Below, piece by piece: positions 39,911 to 49,210 of a stretch of DNA of 64,000 nucleotides; the first letter of the stretch is position 1, and each line of letters starts with the position of its first letter. Made by a program: the position numbers and the translations under genes. The notes below the pieces were generated by a model, which saw only the letters and a list, made by a program, of their open reading frames with translations, had not been told where the DNA came from and ran no database searches. The stretch is from Chloroflexota bacterium. Lineage in GTDB: Bacteria; Chloroflexota; Anaerolineae; Anaerolineales; VGOW01. The stretch covers positions 139 through 64,138 of the forward strand of contig JACRBQ010000079.1 of the NCBI GenBank assembly GCA_016213135.1, read 5' to 3'.

Positions 39911-40975
39911 ATGAATGTCGCAAGTGTGGTTCAGTTCTTGGCCGCGTTGTCGTGGCTGGTGGTGGTCGGGTCGGTGGTGTTTGTCGGTATGGCGATTGCG
40001 CGCCGGGGCAAGTGGGGCGGGCTGGTGCCGCTGGTGATCGGCGCGGTGGTGCTGGCGGTGGTGCTGAACGCCGTGGCCGCCGGGATTGTCTTCATTCAGC
40101 CGGATGAGCGCGGCGTGGTGATCAGCGCACTGCAACCGCAGGGGTATCGCGCGGACGTACTCACGCCCGGTTTGCGTTGGGTGGTGCCGTTCTTCGAGAC
40201 GGTGCAGTTGTACTCCATCTCGCGGCAGACGTACACCATGTCGGGCGTCTCTGGCGAGGGAGCGGTGGCCGGCAACGACTCGGTGCGGGCGCGGACGAAG
40301 GACGGGCAGGAGGTGTTCATTGACGCCTCGGTGATTTACGCCGTTGATCCGACGCGGGTGGTCACACTGCACATTCAATGGCAGGGGCGTTTCGAAGATA
40401 ACGTGGTGCGCCCGCTCTCGCGCGGCATTATCCGCGACGTGGCCTCGCAGTACGGGGTGGAAGAGATCGTCAGTTCAAAGCGCGTCGAGTTGGAGGCTAC
40501 GATCACCCAGCAGTTGACCGACAAGTTGGGGGCAAACGATCTGATTCTGGTGGACTATATTCTGCGCGACATTCACTTCACCGACGAATACGCGGCGGCG
40601 GTGGAGCAGAAGCAGATCGCCGAACAGCAGGCGCAACAGGCCTTTTTTGTGGTGGAGCAGAGAAAGCAAGAGGCCGAGCAGGCGCGGCAGGTGGCACAAG
40701 GCACGGCGGACTCGGTGGTGATCGCGGCTAAAGGCTCGGCAGAGGCGCGGTTGATTCAGGCCCAAGCCGAAGCGACGGCGCTGCGGCAGATCGGTGACGC
40801 GTTGAAGGACAACCCTGATCTGCTGCAATACACTTACGTGCAAAAGCTGGCGCCGGATGTGCAAGTGATGCTCGTTCCGTCGAACAGCCCCTATCTGTTC
40901 CAATTGCCGAGCGTGCCGGGCACGACCACTGTCTCGCCGACGCCGACGCCCACACTGCCGACAACGCCGCGGTAG
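39911..40975 (+). CDS. SPFH/prohibitin (band 7) membrane protein
   Basis: Two TM helices, ERGVV, TKDGQEV, AVEQKQIAEQ coiled coil; TATAAT and AAGGAGG upstream. Confidence 0.9.
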   Translation: MNVASVVQFLAALSWLVVVGSVVFVGMAIARRGKWGGLVPLVIGAVVLAVVLNAVAAGIVFIQPDERGVVISALQPQGYRADVLTPGLRWVVPFFETVQLYSISRQTYTMSGVSGEGAVAGNDSVRARTKDGQEVFIDASVIYAVDPTRVVTLHIQWQGRFEDNVVRPLSRGIIRDVASQYGVEEIVSSKRVELEATITQQLTDKLGANDLILVDYILRDIHFTDEYAAAVEQKQIAEQQAQQAFFVVEQRKQEAEQARQVAQGTADSVVIAAKGSAEARLIQAQAEATALRQIGDALKDNPDLLQYTYVQKLAPDVQVMLVPSNSPYLFQLPSVPGTTTVSPTPTPTLPTTPR

Positions 40976-41001
40976 CGAGTGCGAACGTGTGGCTTCTAAC
41001 G

Positions 41002-41040
41002 TGAAGCGCGAGCATCGGCTTGCGCTTCATGTTTTCGTTT
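41002..41040 (+). terminator. Intrinsic terminator
   Basis: tgaagcgcgagc-atcg-gcttgcgcttca followed by tgttttcgttt. Confidence 0.75.
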
Positions 41041-41177
41041 AACGGCTTACGCCGCCGGGCCACAATGGCAAAGCCCTCAGGAACGCTAAATTGGGGTTTA
41101 CACTTCGCCAATTGAACGGTATGATCGTCCCGTCGTCCGCCGCCGCAGTTTCATTCTCATTCTCCTGCGAGCCTCCT

Positions 41178-41567
41178 ATGTCGTCCGAGCCGGAAAAAAT
41201 CACCATCGTCGAAGGCCCCGCCCCGGCGTTTGAATCCACCGTTGAGCCGTGGCTGTATGCGCTGGCCGAGGGGCCGCACCTCAAGCGCATCGTGCGCTGC
41301 CTGTTGCGCACGCTCAACGGCACGGCGCTGCTCGAGCGCTGCACCAACGCCTGGGAAGAGGGCCGCGAAGTGTTTTTGGATTATCGGGATAACAGCGGTC
41401 TGCGCCAGCAAGCCCTCATCGTGGCCGCGCGCTCCGGCGAGTTGGACGAGGGCCAGGTGCTGCAATTGTGGGTGCGGCTGGACTCGGCGCTGGACACCGA
41501 ACTGGACGACGACGATTTGGATTTTGCCGACGACGACGAAGACGGGGACGGAGGCCCGCTCGAATAG
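41178..41567 (+). CDS. Hypothetical protein with acidic tail
   Basis: Host-like codon usage; KITIVEGP...LLERC...LQLWV; Asp-rich C-terminus. Confidence 0.7.
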   Translation: MSSEPEKITIVEGPAPAFESTVEPWLYALAEGPHLKRIVRCLLRTLNGTALLERCTNAWEEGREVFLDYRDNSGLRQQALIVAARSGELDEGQVLQLWVRLDSALDTELDDDDLDFADDDEDGDGGPLE

Positions 41568-41651
41568 CAGGATGCTTCGGGCAACCTCGCCAACTCAAGA
41601 TGCAATGGCAACGGCGCGACTTCCGCGCCGTTTGCTTTTGCGTTAGCCGCC

Positions 41652-42500
41652 ATGCCCACCCTCACTCTGCTGCACACCAACGACCTGCACGGCCAATTCG
41701 ACCAAATGACCCGGCTGGGCACGCTCGTTCAACGCCAGCGGGCGCTGGCCGCCGCCGAGGGCCGCGCCGTGCTGCTGCTCGATGCCGGCGACTCCACCGA
41801 CGAAGCCGCGTGGGAATGCCGCGTGACCAAAGGCCGCGCCAACTTTGCCATGCTGGAGGCCATGGGCTGCGACGCGGCGGTGCTGGGCAACACTGAAACT
41901 CAGTGGGATGCCGCCGCGCTGGAAAAGCTGGCGGCCTCCGTTCACTTCCCGGTACTGGCCGCCAACCTCCTCGCCGCCCATTCCAACCAGCCGCCTGCGC
42001 CCGGCGTGCGCGCATATGCGATGCTGACTGTGGCTGGGGTGCAAGTGGCCGTGGCCGGCGTGACCGTGGACGACCCCGGACTGCTTCGCCGCGCGGGCTA
42101 TCGCAGCGAAGCGGGGGCGGTGGCGCTCGGCGGCCTCGTGCCGCACCTGCGCGCCGAGGGCGCGCAGGTGGTAATTGTGCTTTCACACATGGGGTTGGAA
42201 CTGGACAAGGGCGCGGCAGCGGCGGCGCCGGGCATCGACGTGATTGTGGGAGGGCACAGCCACACTGCGCTGCACCGGCCCCATCGCGAAGGAGGCACGG
42301 TGATCGTGCAGGCGGGGCATGGGGGAAACTACCTGGGACGCATTGACCTCGCGGTGAACGTCGCCGCCCTCCCACCCGTGGTGGCCCACGCCGAACTGAT
42401 CGCCTGTGACGCCGCCGTGCCGCCCGATCCCACCCTGTCGGGGGTGCTGGAGTTGGTGCGCTTTGAGGCCGAGGGGGTGAGGAAGAAGGGCGATGGGTGA
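41652..42500 (+). CDS. Metallophosphoesterase (5'-nucleotidase N-terminal domain only)
   Basis: HTNDLHG, DAGD, GNTE, SHMG, GGHSH. Confidence 0.85.
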   Translation: MPTLTLLHTNDLHGQFDQMTRLGTLVQRQRALAAAEGRAVLLLDAGDSTDEAAWECRVTKGRANFAMLEAMGCDAAVLGNTETQWDAAALEKLAASVHFPVLAANLLAAHSNQPPAPGVRAYAMLTVAGVQVAVAGVTVDDPGLLRRAGYRSEAGAVALGGLVPHLRAEGAQVVIVLSHMGLELDKGAAAAAPGIDVIVGGHSHTALHRPHREGGTVIVQAGHGGNYLGRIDLAVNVAALPPVVAHAELIACDAAVPPDPTLSGVLELVRFEAEGVRKKGDG

Positions 42501-42553
42501 AACGTGATGCGTGAAACGCGAATCCTAAAACGATATCACGCGTCACGTTTCAC
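42497..42553. repeat. Inverted (CGTGAAA)n / (TTTCACG)n arrays between convergent genes
   Basis: gtgaaacgtgatgcgtgaaacgcgaa ... tcacgcgtcacgtttcac. Confidence 0.75.
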
Positions 42554-43458
42554 GGGTTACGTTTTTTTCGCTTCGCCCAGTAGCGGCTAATCCCATCCAC
42601 GCACTGCGCCACATCGTTGATTTTTGCGTAATCGTCCCGCGCGGCGGCATCCAGATTGGCGGCAGCGGCCCGTTCGAAATACCATGCCCCGTATCGCTCG
42701 ATAATCTGCTCGCGGTTCAGACCCTCCTCGAGTCGTTGTCGCACAAATCCGGCGCACTCGTCCAGCAGCGGGGCGAAGCGGCGAAAGTGATCGGCCGGGT
42801 TGGCGACCCTGCCGAAATGGGTGGGGTAAATGGCTTTGAGGTCGAGCGCGGAAAGCCGGTTCACGGTCGCGTGCCATGCTTCCAGATCAAACTCCGGAGG
42901 CGGCGTGTGCACGGCGAGCCAGTCGTGTTGTGCCAGCCGGACACCGGCGGCGTCCCCCGTGAAGGCAATGTCTCCAATCTGAAAACAATGGTGATGGCGG
43001 GCGTGGCCCGGCGAGTCGATGGCGCGGATCGTTGCGCCGCCGGTTTCAATCAAATCCCCATCGCCAATGGCATGAAGCCGCTCCGGCGGAACAGAAAGTA
43101 TTTCTCCCCATAGCGTATCCAACGCGTCGCCGTAAATGCGAGCGGCGCTGGCGATGAGCTTTGACGGGTCGAGCAGGTGCGGCGCGCCGACGGTGTGAAC
43201 GTGCACGGTCGCGCCCTGCCGCGCCCACCAACCCGCCGCCCCGGCGTGGTCGAGGTGGATGTGAGTCACCAGCACGTCGCGCACATCGGCGGGCTGTACG
43301 CCTAGGTCGCGCAGGCCGCGCAACAGATTGGGGATCGTGGAGCCGGGGCCGGTCTCGATGAGGGCAACACTCGCCAACCCGACGAGGGCGTAGGAGGCAA
43401 TGAGTTGAGGGGCGCCGAAAAACTGAAGGTCAATTGTGTGTAGCTGGAAGCCGGGCAT
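42550..43458 (-). CDS. MBL-fold metallo-hydrolase
   Basis: THIHLDHAG, PGHARHH, GDAAG, PTHFG; start reassigned to ATG 43458. Confidence 0.9.
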   Translation of the reverse strand: MPGFQLHTIDLQFFGAPQLIASYALVGLASVALIETGPGSTIPNLLRGLRDLGVQPADVRDVLVTHIHLDHAGAAGWWARQGATVHVHTVGAPHLLDPSKLIASAARIYGDALDTLWGEILSVPPERLHAIGDGDLIETGGATIRAIDSPGHARHHHCFQIGDIAFTGDAAGVRLAQHDWLAVHTPPPEFDLEAWHATVNRLSALDLKAIYPTHFGRVANPADHFRRFAPLLDECAGFVRQRLEEGLNREQIIERYGAWYFERAAAANLDAAARDDYAKINDVAQCVDGISRYWAKRKKRNP

Positions 43459-43506
43459 GAGCCATTTATAACACAAAGTTTGACAACGAGAAGCGCTTCG
43501 TGTAAA

Positions 43507-43533
43507 ATTGTCGACAATCGACAACTCTAGAAT
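43507..43533 (+). promoter_or_regulatory. Putative GntR/FadR operator and -10 box
   Basis: Perfect palindrome ATTGTCGACAAT (43507-18), tandem TCGACAA, TAGAAT at 43528-33, 5 nt before the ATG. Confidence 0.7.
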
Positions 43534-43538
43534 CCCCT

Positions 43539-44219
43539 ATGAATGAAGCGGTTTTCTCTCGCAGCAACCGGGCTGCTCTCCACCAGGACGTTTATCAGAC
43601 CCTCAAATCGGCCATCCTCAAGGGGCGGCTGCAATCCGGCACGCGTCTGCGCGAGGCGGAAATCGCCGCGCAAATCGGCACCAGCCGCGCCCCCATCCGC
43701 GAGGCACTGCGCCAGCTTGAGCACGAAGGGCTGGTGGTCAATTCGCCCTACAAAGGCACATTCGTCGCCGTCTTCACCCCTCGCGACAGTCGCGAGTTGT
43801 GCTCGGTGCGAAGCCTGCTGGAGGGTCGCGCAGTGGCGGAGGCCATGAAGCGGATCACGCCCGCCGACCTCGAGCGGCTGGCGAAAATCATGGATGAAAT
43901 GAGCGCCGTCGCTCGGAAGGACATAGAACTGTGGGAGTTCGTCGAAAAAGACCTCGCCTTCCACGAAGAAATTTGCCGCCTCTCCGGCAACGAGCGGCTT
44001 TTCAGAATCTGGTCCACTCTCGCTTCTCAAACACTGCTCTACTTGGTGATGGTCACCGAGGCTTATCTCGACCGTGAAGCGGTGGCCCGCACCCACGTTC
44101 CGGCGTTCGAGGCCATCCGCGCCGGAGATACCGGGCGGGCGCAAGCGGCACTGCAATATGCAATCGAGTCGGTGGGCGAAGACATGGCGCGGCGGTTGGA
44201 GCAGGCCCATGAGCGGTGA
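43539..44219 (+). CDS. GntR family regulator (FCD domain)
   Basis: LREAEIAAQIGTSRAPIREAL..LEHEGLV HTH; DLAFH...SGN. Confidence 0.93.
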   Translation: MNEAVFSRSNRAALHQDVYQTLKSAILKGRLQSGTRLREAEIAAQIGTSRAPIREALRQLEHEGLVVNSPYKGTFVAVFTPRDSRELCSVRSLLEGRAVAEAMKRITPADLERLAKIMDEMSAVARKDIELWEFVEKDLAFHEEICRLSGNERLFRIWSTLASQTLLYLVMVTEAYLDREAVARTHVPAFEAIRAGDTGRAQAALQYAIESVGEDMARRLEQAHER

Positions 44220-45201
44220 ACCGAGGCCGCTCCATTCCCGCAGGGATGATCCTCAAGCGCTGGCGGCAGGTGTGCGGCGCGGAGACCTGCGCACGATCGC
44301 GCGGCTGATCACGTTTGCCGAGCGGGACGAGGCCGCCGTGGCCCAAGTCATGCCGCTTCTTCAGCCGCATACGGGCCGCGCTCACATTGTCGGCATCACC
44401 GGCGCGCCCGGCTGCGGCAAAAGCACCCTGGTGGATCAGGTGATCGCCATCGCCCGCGCCGCGACTCTGCGCGTCGGCGTTGTAGCCGTGGATCCCTCCA
44501 GCCCGTTCACACGCGGAGCCATCCTGGCCGACCGCCTGCGAATGCAACGGCACAGCACCGACACGGGAACCTTCATTCGCAGCCTGGCCTCGCGCGACGA
44601 GTTGGGCGGACTCTCGGCGGCCACGTGGGACACAGTGCGCATTCTCGACGCCGCCGGTTATGACGTCATTCTCATCGAGACGGTGGGGGCCGGGCAGTTG
44701 GAGACAGATATCGTCGCCGGAGCGCACACGGTCGTCGTCGTGGCCGTGCCCGGGCTGGGCGATTCGATTCAGGCGATCAAAGCGGGGCTGATGGAGATTG
44801 CCGATATCTTCGTCGTCAACATGGCCGACCGCCCCGACGCGGCGCAGGTCGTCAACGATTTGCGCGACATGCTGCGATTGAATCCCGATCACCCCACGTG
44901 GGAAATTCCCATCTTGACTACGGTGGCCACAGTGGGGGCCGGGCTGCCGGAGCTATGGGCGGCCATTGAGCGGCACCGCGCAAATTTGCGCGAGAGCGGA
45001 GCATGGGCCGGGCGGTTGAAGAATCAGGCGCGGGCCGAATTGCTGAAGAGTCTAGATCGCCAGTGGCATCATCACGTGCAAGAACGTGTGGCGGCAAGCG
45101 GTAGTCTGGCGCGACTGGCGGAAGAGGTGGCGTCAAAGCGGTTGGATACGCACTCTGCCGCAACGCTGTTGTGGGAGGAGCTTGGATGGAAACAAAGGTG
45201 A
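44209..45201 (+). CDS. meaB: MeaB/ArgK-family GTPase chaperone for a B12 mutase
   Basis: GITGAPGCGKS, VDPSSPF, DRLRM, IETVGAGQ, IQAIKAGLMEIAD; NMAD in place of the usual NKxD. Confidence 0.92.
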   Translation: MSGEPRPLHSRRDDPQALAAGVRRGDLRTIARLITFAERDEAAVAQVMPLLQPHTGRAHIVGITGAPGCGKSTLVDQVIAIARAATLRVGVVAVDPSSPFTRGAILADRLRMQRHSTDTGTFIRSLASRDELGGLSAATWDTVRILDAAGYDVILIETVGAGQLETDIVAGAHTVVVVAVPGLGDSIQAIKAGLMEIADIFVVNMADRPDAAQVVNDLRDMLRLNPDHPTWEIPILTTVATVGAGLPELWAAIERHRANLRESGAWAGRLKNQARAELLKSLDRQWHHHVQERVAASGSLARLAEEVASKRLDTHSAATLLWEELGWKQR

Positions 45202-46913
45202 CAAGCGCAACCGGAAAAGATGGGCGCGACACAGACGCTGCCGTGGAGGCCATAGCGCAGGCACACGAGGAATGGAGGCGCGCGGTGCTTCAGGCCAGTC
45301 TCCAGCGATTCTCCCGCCGCAAGCCGGGCTTCGCCACCCTCTCCGGTATCCCGATCAACGATTTATACACGCCCGCCGACCTTGGCCATCAAGATTTCGC
45401 GCGCGACATCGGCTTTCCCGGCCAGTATCCGTACACACGCGGCGTGCATGCCACGATGTACCGTAGCCGGCTGTGGACGATCCGGCAGGTGGCCGGGTTC
45501 GGCTCGGCGGAGGACACCAACCAGCGCTACAAGTATTTGCTTGCTCACGGCGAGACCGGCCTCTCGACCGATTTTGATCTGCCGACGCTGCTCGGACGCG
45601 ACTCCGATCACCTGCTGGCAATGGCCGAGGTCGGCAAGATTGGCGTGGCGATAGACACACTGCGCGACGCGCACATTCTGTGGGACGGCATCCCGCTCGG
45701 CGAGGTCAGCACCTCGATGACGATCACCTCCCCGGCCTTCGTGTTGACGGCAATGTACGAGGCCACCGCCGCGGCGCAGGGCGTGTCTGCCGACCGCGTG
45801 ACCGGCACGGCGCAGGCCGACATTCTCAAAGAGTACACGGCGCAGAATGAATACATCTATCCACCCGAACCGTCGGTGCGGCTGGTGGTGGATTTGATGG
45901 AGTATTGCGCGCGCCGCCTCCCGCGCTTCAACCCGGTCAGCGTCAGCGGCTACCACATCCGGGAGGCCGGGGCTACCGCCGCACAGGAGTTGGCTTTCAC
46001 ATTGGCAGACGGCTATACCTATGCTAAAGCCGCCGTGGATCGCGGGTTGGACGTGGACGCCTTGCCGCCGCGCATTTCTTTCTTCTTCGACGTTCACATT
46101 GATTTCTTTGAAGAGATCGCCAAACTGCGGGCTGCCCGGCGCATTTGGGCGCGGATGATGCGCGAGAAACTCGGCGCGCGCGACCCGCGCTCGTGGATGC
46201 TGCGCATGCACTGCCAGACGGCCGGCGTGTCGTTGACCGCGCAGCAGGTGGAGAACAACATCGTGCGCACGACGGTGGAGGCGCTGGCGGCCGTGCTGGG
46301 CGGCACGCAATCACTGCACACGAACTCGATGGACGAAGCCTTTCAAATTCCGTCCGAGAAGGCGATCAAGATCGCCGTCCGCACTCAGCAGATTCTCGCG
46401 CACGAAACCGGCGCCGCCGACGTGGTAGACCCGCTGGCCGGGTCGTACTACGTCGAGTCGCTCACCAACCGCATCGAAGAGGAGGCCTGGTCGCTGATGA
46501 ATGAGATCGAGCGCCGAGGCGGCATGGTGGCCTGCATCGAGGCCGGGTTCATCCAAAAACAAATCGCCAACAGCGCCGCCGATTTCCAGCGCGCGGTCGA
46601 GGCCGGGGAGCAGACCATCGTCGGCATGAACGCCTACGTCGAAGAGGAGAGCGGCGAGTTGAGCGACGACCTGTTCTTTCAGGTTGACCCGGCCACCACC
46701 GAGCGGCAGATCGCCCGCCTGCGGCAAGTGCGCGCCGAGCGGCGTGGCGCGGATGTAAGCCGCGCGCTGTCGGAGTTGAAGCAGGCGGCGAAGAATGGCC
46801 GCAACATCATGCCCTCCGTGACCGACGCCGTGACCGCTTACGCCACCATCGGCGAGATATGCGACGTTCTGCGCGAGGTGTTTGGCGAATATAAGGCGTT
46901 GTCCATTTTCTGA
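45186..46913 (+). CDS. AdoCbl-dependent acyl-CoA mutase, large subunit (HcmA-like, not methylmalonyl-CoA specific)
   Basis: PYTRG, WTIRQVAGF, STDFD, QADILKEYTAQ, SGYHIREAG, HCQT, QSLHTN. Confidence 0.93.
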   Translation: METKVTSATGKDGRDTDAAVEAIAQAHEEWRRAVLQASLQRFSRRKPGFATLSGIPINDLYTPADLGHQDFARDIGFPGQYPYTRGVHATMYRSRLWTIRQVAGFGSAEDTNQRYKYLLAHGETGLSTDFDLPTLLGRDSDHLLAMAEVGKIGVAIDTLRDAHILWDGIPLGEVSTSMTITSPAFVLTAMYEATAAAQGVSADRVTGTAQADILKEYTAQNEYIYPPEPSVRLVVDLMEYCARRLPRFNPVSVSGYHIREAGATAAQELAFTLADGYTYAKAAVDRGLDVDALPPRISFFFDVHIDFFEEIAKLRAARRIWARMMREKLGARDPRSWMLRMHCQTAGVSLTAQQVENNIVRTTVEALAAVLGGTQSLHTNSMDEAFQIPSEKAIKIAVRTQQILAHETGAADVVDPLAGSYYVESLTNRIEEEAWSLMNEIERRGGMVACIEAGFIQKQIANSAADFQRAVEAGEQTIVGMNAYVEEESGELSDDLFFQVDPATTERQIARLRQVRAERRGADVSRALSELKQAAKNGRNIMPSVTDAVTAYATIGEICDVLREVFGEYKALSIF

Positions 46914-46924
46914 GGAGAGATCGA

Positions 46925-47335
46925 ATGTCTGATCCAATCATCCGCGTCGTCGTGGCAAAACCGGGTATGGACGGCCACGACCGGGGAGCCAAGATCATCG
47001 CCCGCGCTTTCAGAGACGCCGGGATGGAAGTGATTTACACCGGCATTTTTCAGACGCCGGAGCAGATCGTGAGTGCCGTGATCCAAGAGGATGCCGACGT
47101 GTTGGGATTGAGCATCCTCTCCGGCGCGCACGTTCATTACGCGCAAGAAATCTCGCGTCTATTGCGAGAACAGGGAGCCGACGACGTGCTTTTTGTGATG
47201 GGCGGCACCATATCGAAGGCTGACCGCCCCCGCCTCAACGAATTGGGCGTGGCGGCCGTGTTCGGCCCGGGCGCGCGCACCGGCGACGTAGTGAAGTTCG
47301 TCCGCGATTGGGCGGCGGAGCATAGGGCTGCATAA
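46925..47335 (+). CDS. Acyl-CoA mutase cobalamin-binding small subunit
   Basis: DGHDRG (DxHxxG), SIL, GG motifs. Confidence 0.95.
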   Translation: MSDPIIRVVVAKPGMDGHDRGAKIIARAFRDAGMEVIYTGIFQTPEQIVSAVIQEDADVLGLSILSGAHVHYAQEISRLLREQGADDVLFVMGGTISKADRPRLNELGVAAVFGPGARTGDVVKFVRDWAAEHRAA

Positions 47336-47367
47336 TGATATACGTGGCTCTACTGAAAAAGGCTCAT

Positions 47368-47442
47368 TTGAACCGCGAAGCCGCCAAGAACGCGAAGAAA
47401 AACAAGAGCGAATCCTTTGCGCTCTTCGCGCCTTCGCGGTGA
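47368..47442. repeat. Inverted nonamer arrays (CGCGAAG..)n / (CTTCGCG..)n
   Basis: ttgaaccgcgaagccgccaagaacgcgaag ... ctttgcgctcttcgcgccttcgcggtga. Confidence 0.85.
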
Positions 47443-47468
47443 GATCGCAGTTTTATCAGGAGAGCCAT

Positions 47469-49013
47469 ATGTGGTTCATTGGCGACATTGCGCGGCGCAA
47501 CGCTCAGGTCTTCGCCGCCAAGTGGGGCGTGGTTGAAGGCGACACGCGGCTGACGCACAGGCAGGTCAACGAGCGAGCCAACAGCCTGGCGCATGGTCTC
47601 CGCCAGTTGGGGATCGAGAAGGGAGATCGCGTCGCGCTGTTGAGCCGCAACGATTATCGCTTCGTCGAGATGTATTTCGGGCTTCCGAAGATCGGCGCGA
47701 TCTTTGTTCCCCTCAATTTCTGGTCGTCGGACGAAGACCTGGTCTACGTTCTGACCCAGTGCCAGGCGGCGGCGTTGGTGCTGTCCGCCGAATTCCGGGA
47801 AACGGTCGAGCGCATCCGGCCCCGGATACCAACCGCGCGGCTTTTGATCGTGATGGCGGATTCGCCGGTTTCAGAAATGATCTCCTACGAGTCGCTTGCC
47901 AGCGGCCACCCCGTTCACGAGCCGGAAGCCGATCTCCATTCGGACGACGACACCCTCATCTTGTACACCAGCGGCAGCACGGGCCGACCCAAGGGGGCCG
48001 TGTACACCCATCGCGGGCTGTTGCACACGGCGATGATCATGTCCATCGAATTGGGCCTGCGCGATACGGAAATCACCCTGCACTTTCTTCCTCTTTTCTC
48101 TTCCAATCTCGAACAACTACTGCCGTTGAGCCTGATGGGCGCGACGCACGTCATTCTGCGCAAGTTCGACCCATCACTGGTGTGGGACACGGTGGCGCGC
48201 GAAAAGGTCACCCATTTCGACGCCGTGCCGACGACGATGCGTTTGCTTCTGCAATACCCCGGCCTCGGACACGTTGACACCGCCTCTCTGCGACTGGTCT
48301 CGTATGCCTCCGAGCCGATGCCGGCGGTGACGATCACCGCCTGGCTGGAGACGTTCGCGCGCGTCGAGGCGGTTCAGTTTTACGGGATGATCGAGTTTCT
48401 GTGCATCGCCGGGCAGAAGCCGTGGGAACAGCTTTCGCGCATCGGGACAGTGGGCAGGCCGATGCCTGGTACACTCATCCGTGTCGTGGACGAAGAGGGG
48501 CAGGATGTTCCGTCGGGGGAGGCGGGCGAAGTAATCGCGCGGAGCGATTGCGGCATGCGTGGATACTGGGATGCGCCCGAACTGACGGCGCAGGCGATGG
48601 GCAATGGCTGGATTGTCACCGGCGATCTGGGGCGGCTGGATGCGGACGGTTATCTGACGCTGGTGGGGCGCAAGAAAGAGATCATCATCAGCGGAGGGAT
48701 GAAAGTAGTGCCAACTGAAACGGAAGCGGCTCTGTACCGGCATCCCGCCGTGTCGGAAGCGGCGGTGATTGGCCGGCCGGACGCGACCTGGGGCGAGGCG
48801 GTGCACGCGGTGGTGGCGCTCAAGCCGGGCGCGTCCGTCACCGCCGACGAACTGATCCAATTCTGCGGCCAGCATTTGGCCGGATACAAAAAACCGCGCT
48901 CCATCGAATTTCTTCCCTCGCTGCCCAAAACCGGCATCGGCAAAATCGCCCGCCGGGCGTTGAGGGATCGGTTTCTGACAGACGCGACAACTGCCGACCG
49001 CGAAGATATTTGA
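47469..49013 (+). CDS. Acyl-CoA synthetase (ANL superfamily, class I adenylate-forming)
   Basis: YTSGSTGRPKG, YGMIE, TGDLG, GRKKEIIISGG, LPKTGIGK; AGGAG RBS. Confidence 0.93.
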   Translation: MWFIGDIARRNAQVFAAKWGVVEGDTRLTHRQVNERANSLAHGLRQLGIEKGDRVALLSRNDYRFVEMYFGLPKIGAIFVPLNFWSSDEDLVYVLTQCQAAALVLSAEFRETVERIRPRIPTARLLIVMADSPVSEMISYESLASGHPVHEPEADLHSDDDTLILYTSGSTGRPKGAVYTHRGLLHTAMIMSIELGLRDTEITLHFLPLFSSNLEQLLPLSLMGATHVILRKFDPSLVWDTVAREKVTHFDAVPTTMRLLLQYPGLGHVDTASLRLVSYASEPMPAVTITAWLETFARVEAVQFYGMIEFLCIAGQKPWEQLSRIGTVGRPMPGTLIRVVDEEGQDVPSGEAGEVIARSDCGMRGYWDAPELTAQAMGNGWIVTGDLGRLDADGYLTLVGRKKEIIISGGMKVVPTETEAALYRHPAVSEAAVIGRPDATWGEAVHAVVALKPGASVTADELIQFCGQHLAGYKKPRSIEFLPSLPKTGIGKIARRALRDRFLTDATTADREDI

Positions 49014-49182
49014 ACCGCAAAGGCGCAAAGAGCGCAAAGGAAGATTAAGAATTGATATTACTCAGTGCCACACGCGAAGCGTTCGACTGCGCGGCGGGCA
49101 GCACGCTACGCGTGAAAGGAGCGAAGCGCAGTTGAAGAAGCCGCCCGCCTGCCCCTGCAAGGGGGTTGCGTCTTTGCGGTGA
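49010..49182. repeat. Nonamer inverted element with a longer internal cargo
   Basis: ttgaaccgcaaaggcgcaaagagcgcaaag ... cccctgcaaggggg-ttgcgtctttgcggtga. Confidence 0.7.
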
Positions 49183-49210
49183 GGTCTTGATTGCGGTTGG
49201 AGGCCGCGCT

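Noticed and set aside
43459-43538. Cobalamin riboswitch ahead of the B12 operon
   Set aside because: The gap is only 80 bp, the gene looks leaderless, and no B12-box is visible.
45186-47335. Calling the mutase methylmalonyl-CoA mutase
   Set aside because: The Tyr89 and Arg207 equivalents are Val and Gln, and no epimerase or carboxylase gene is adjacent.
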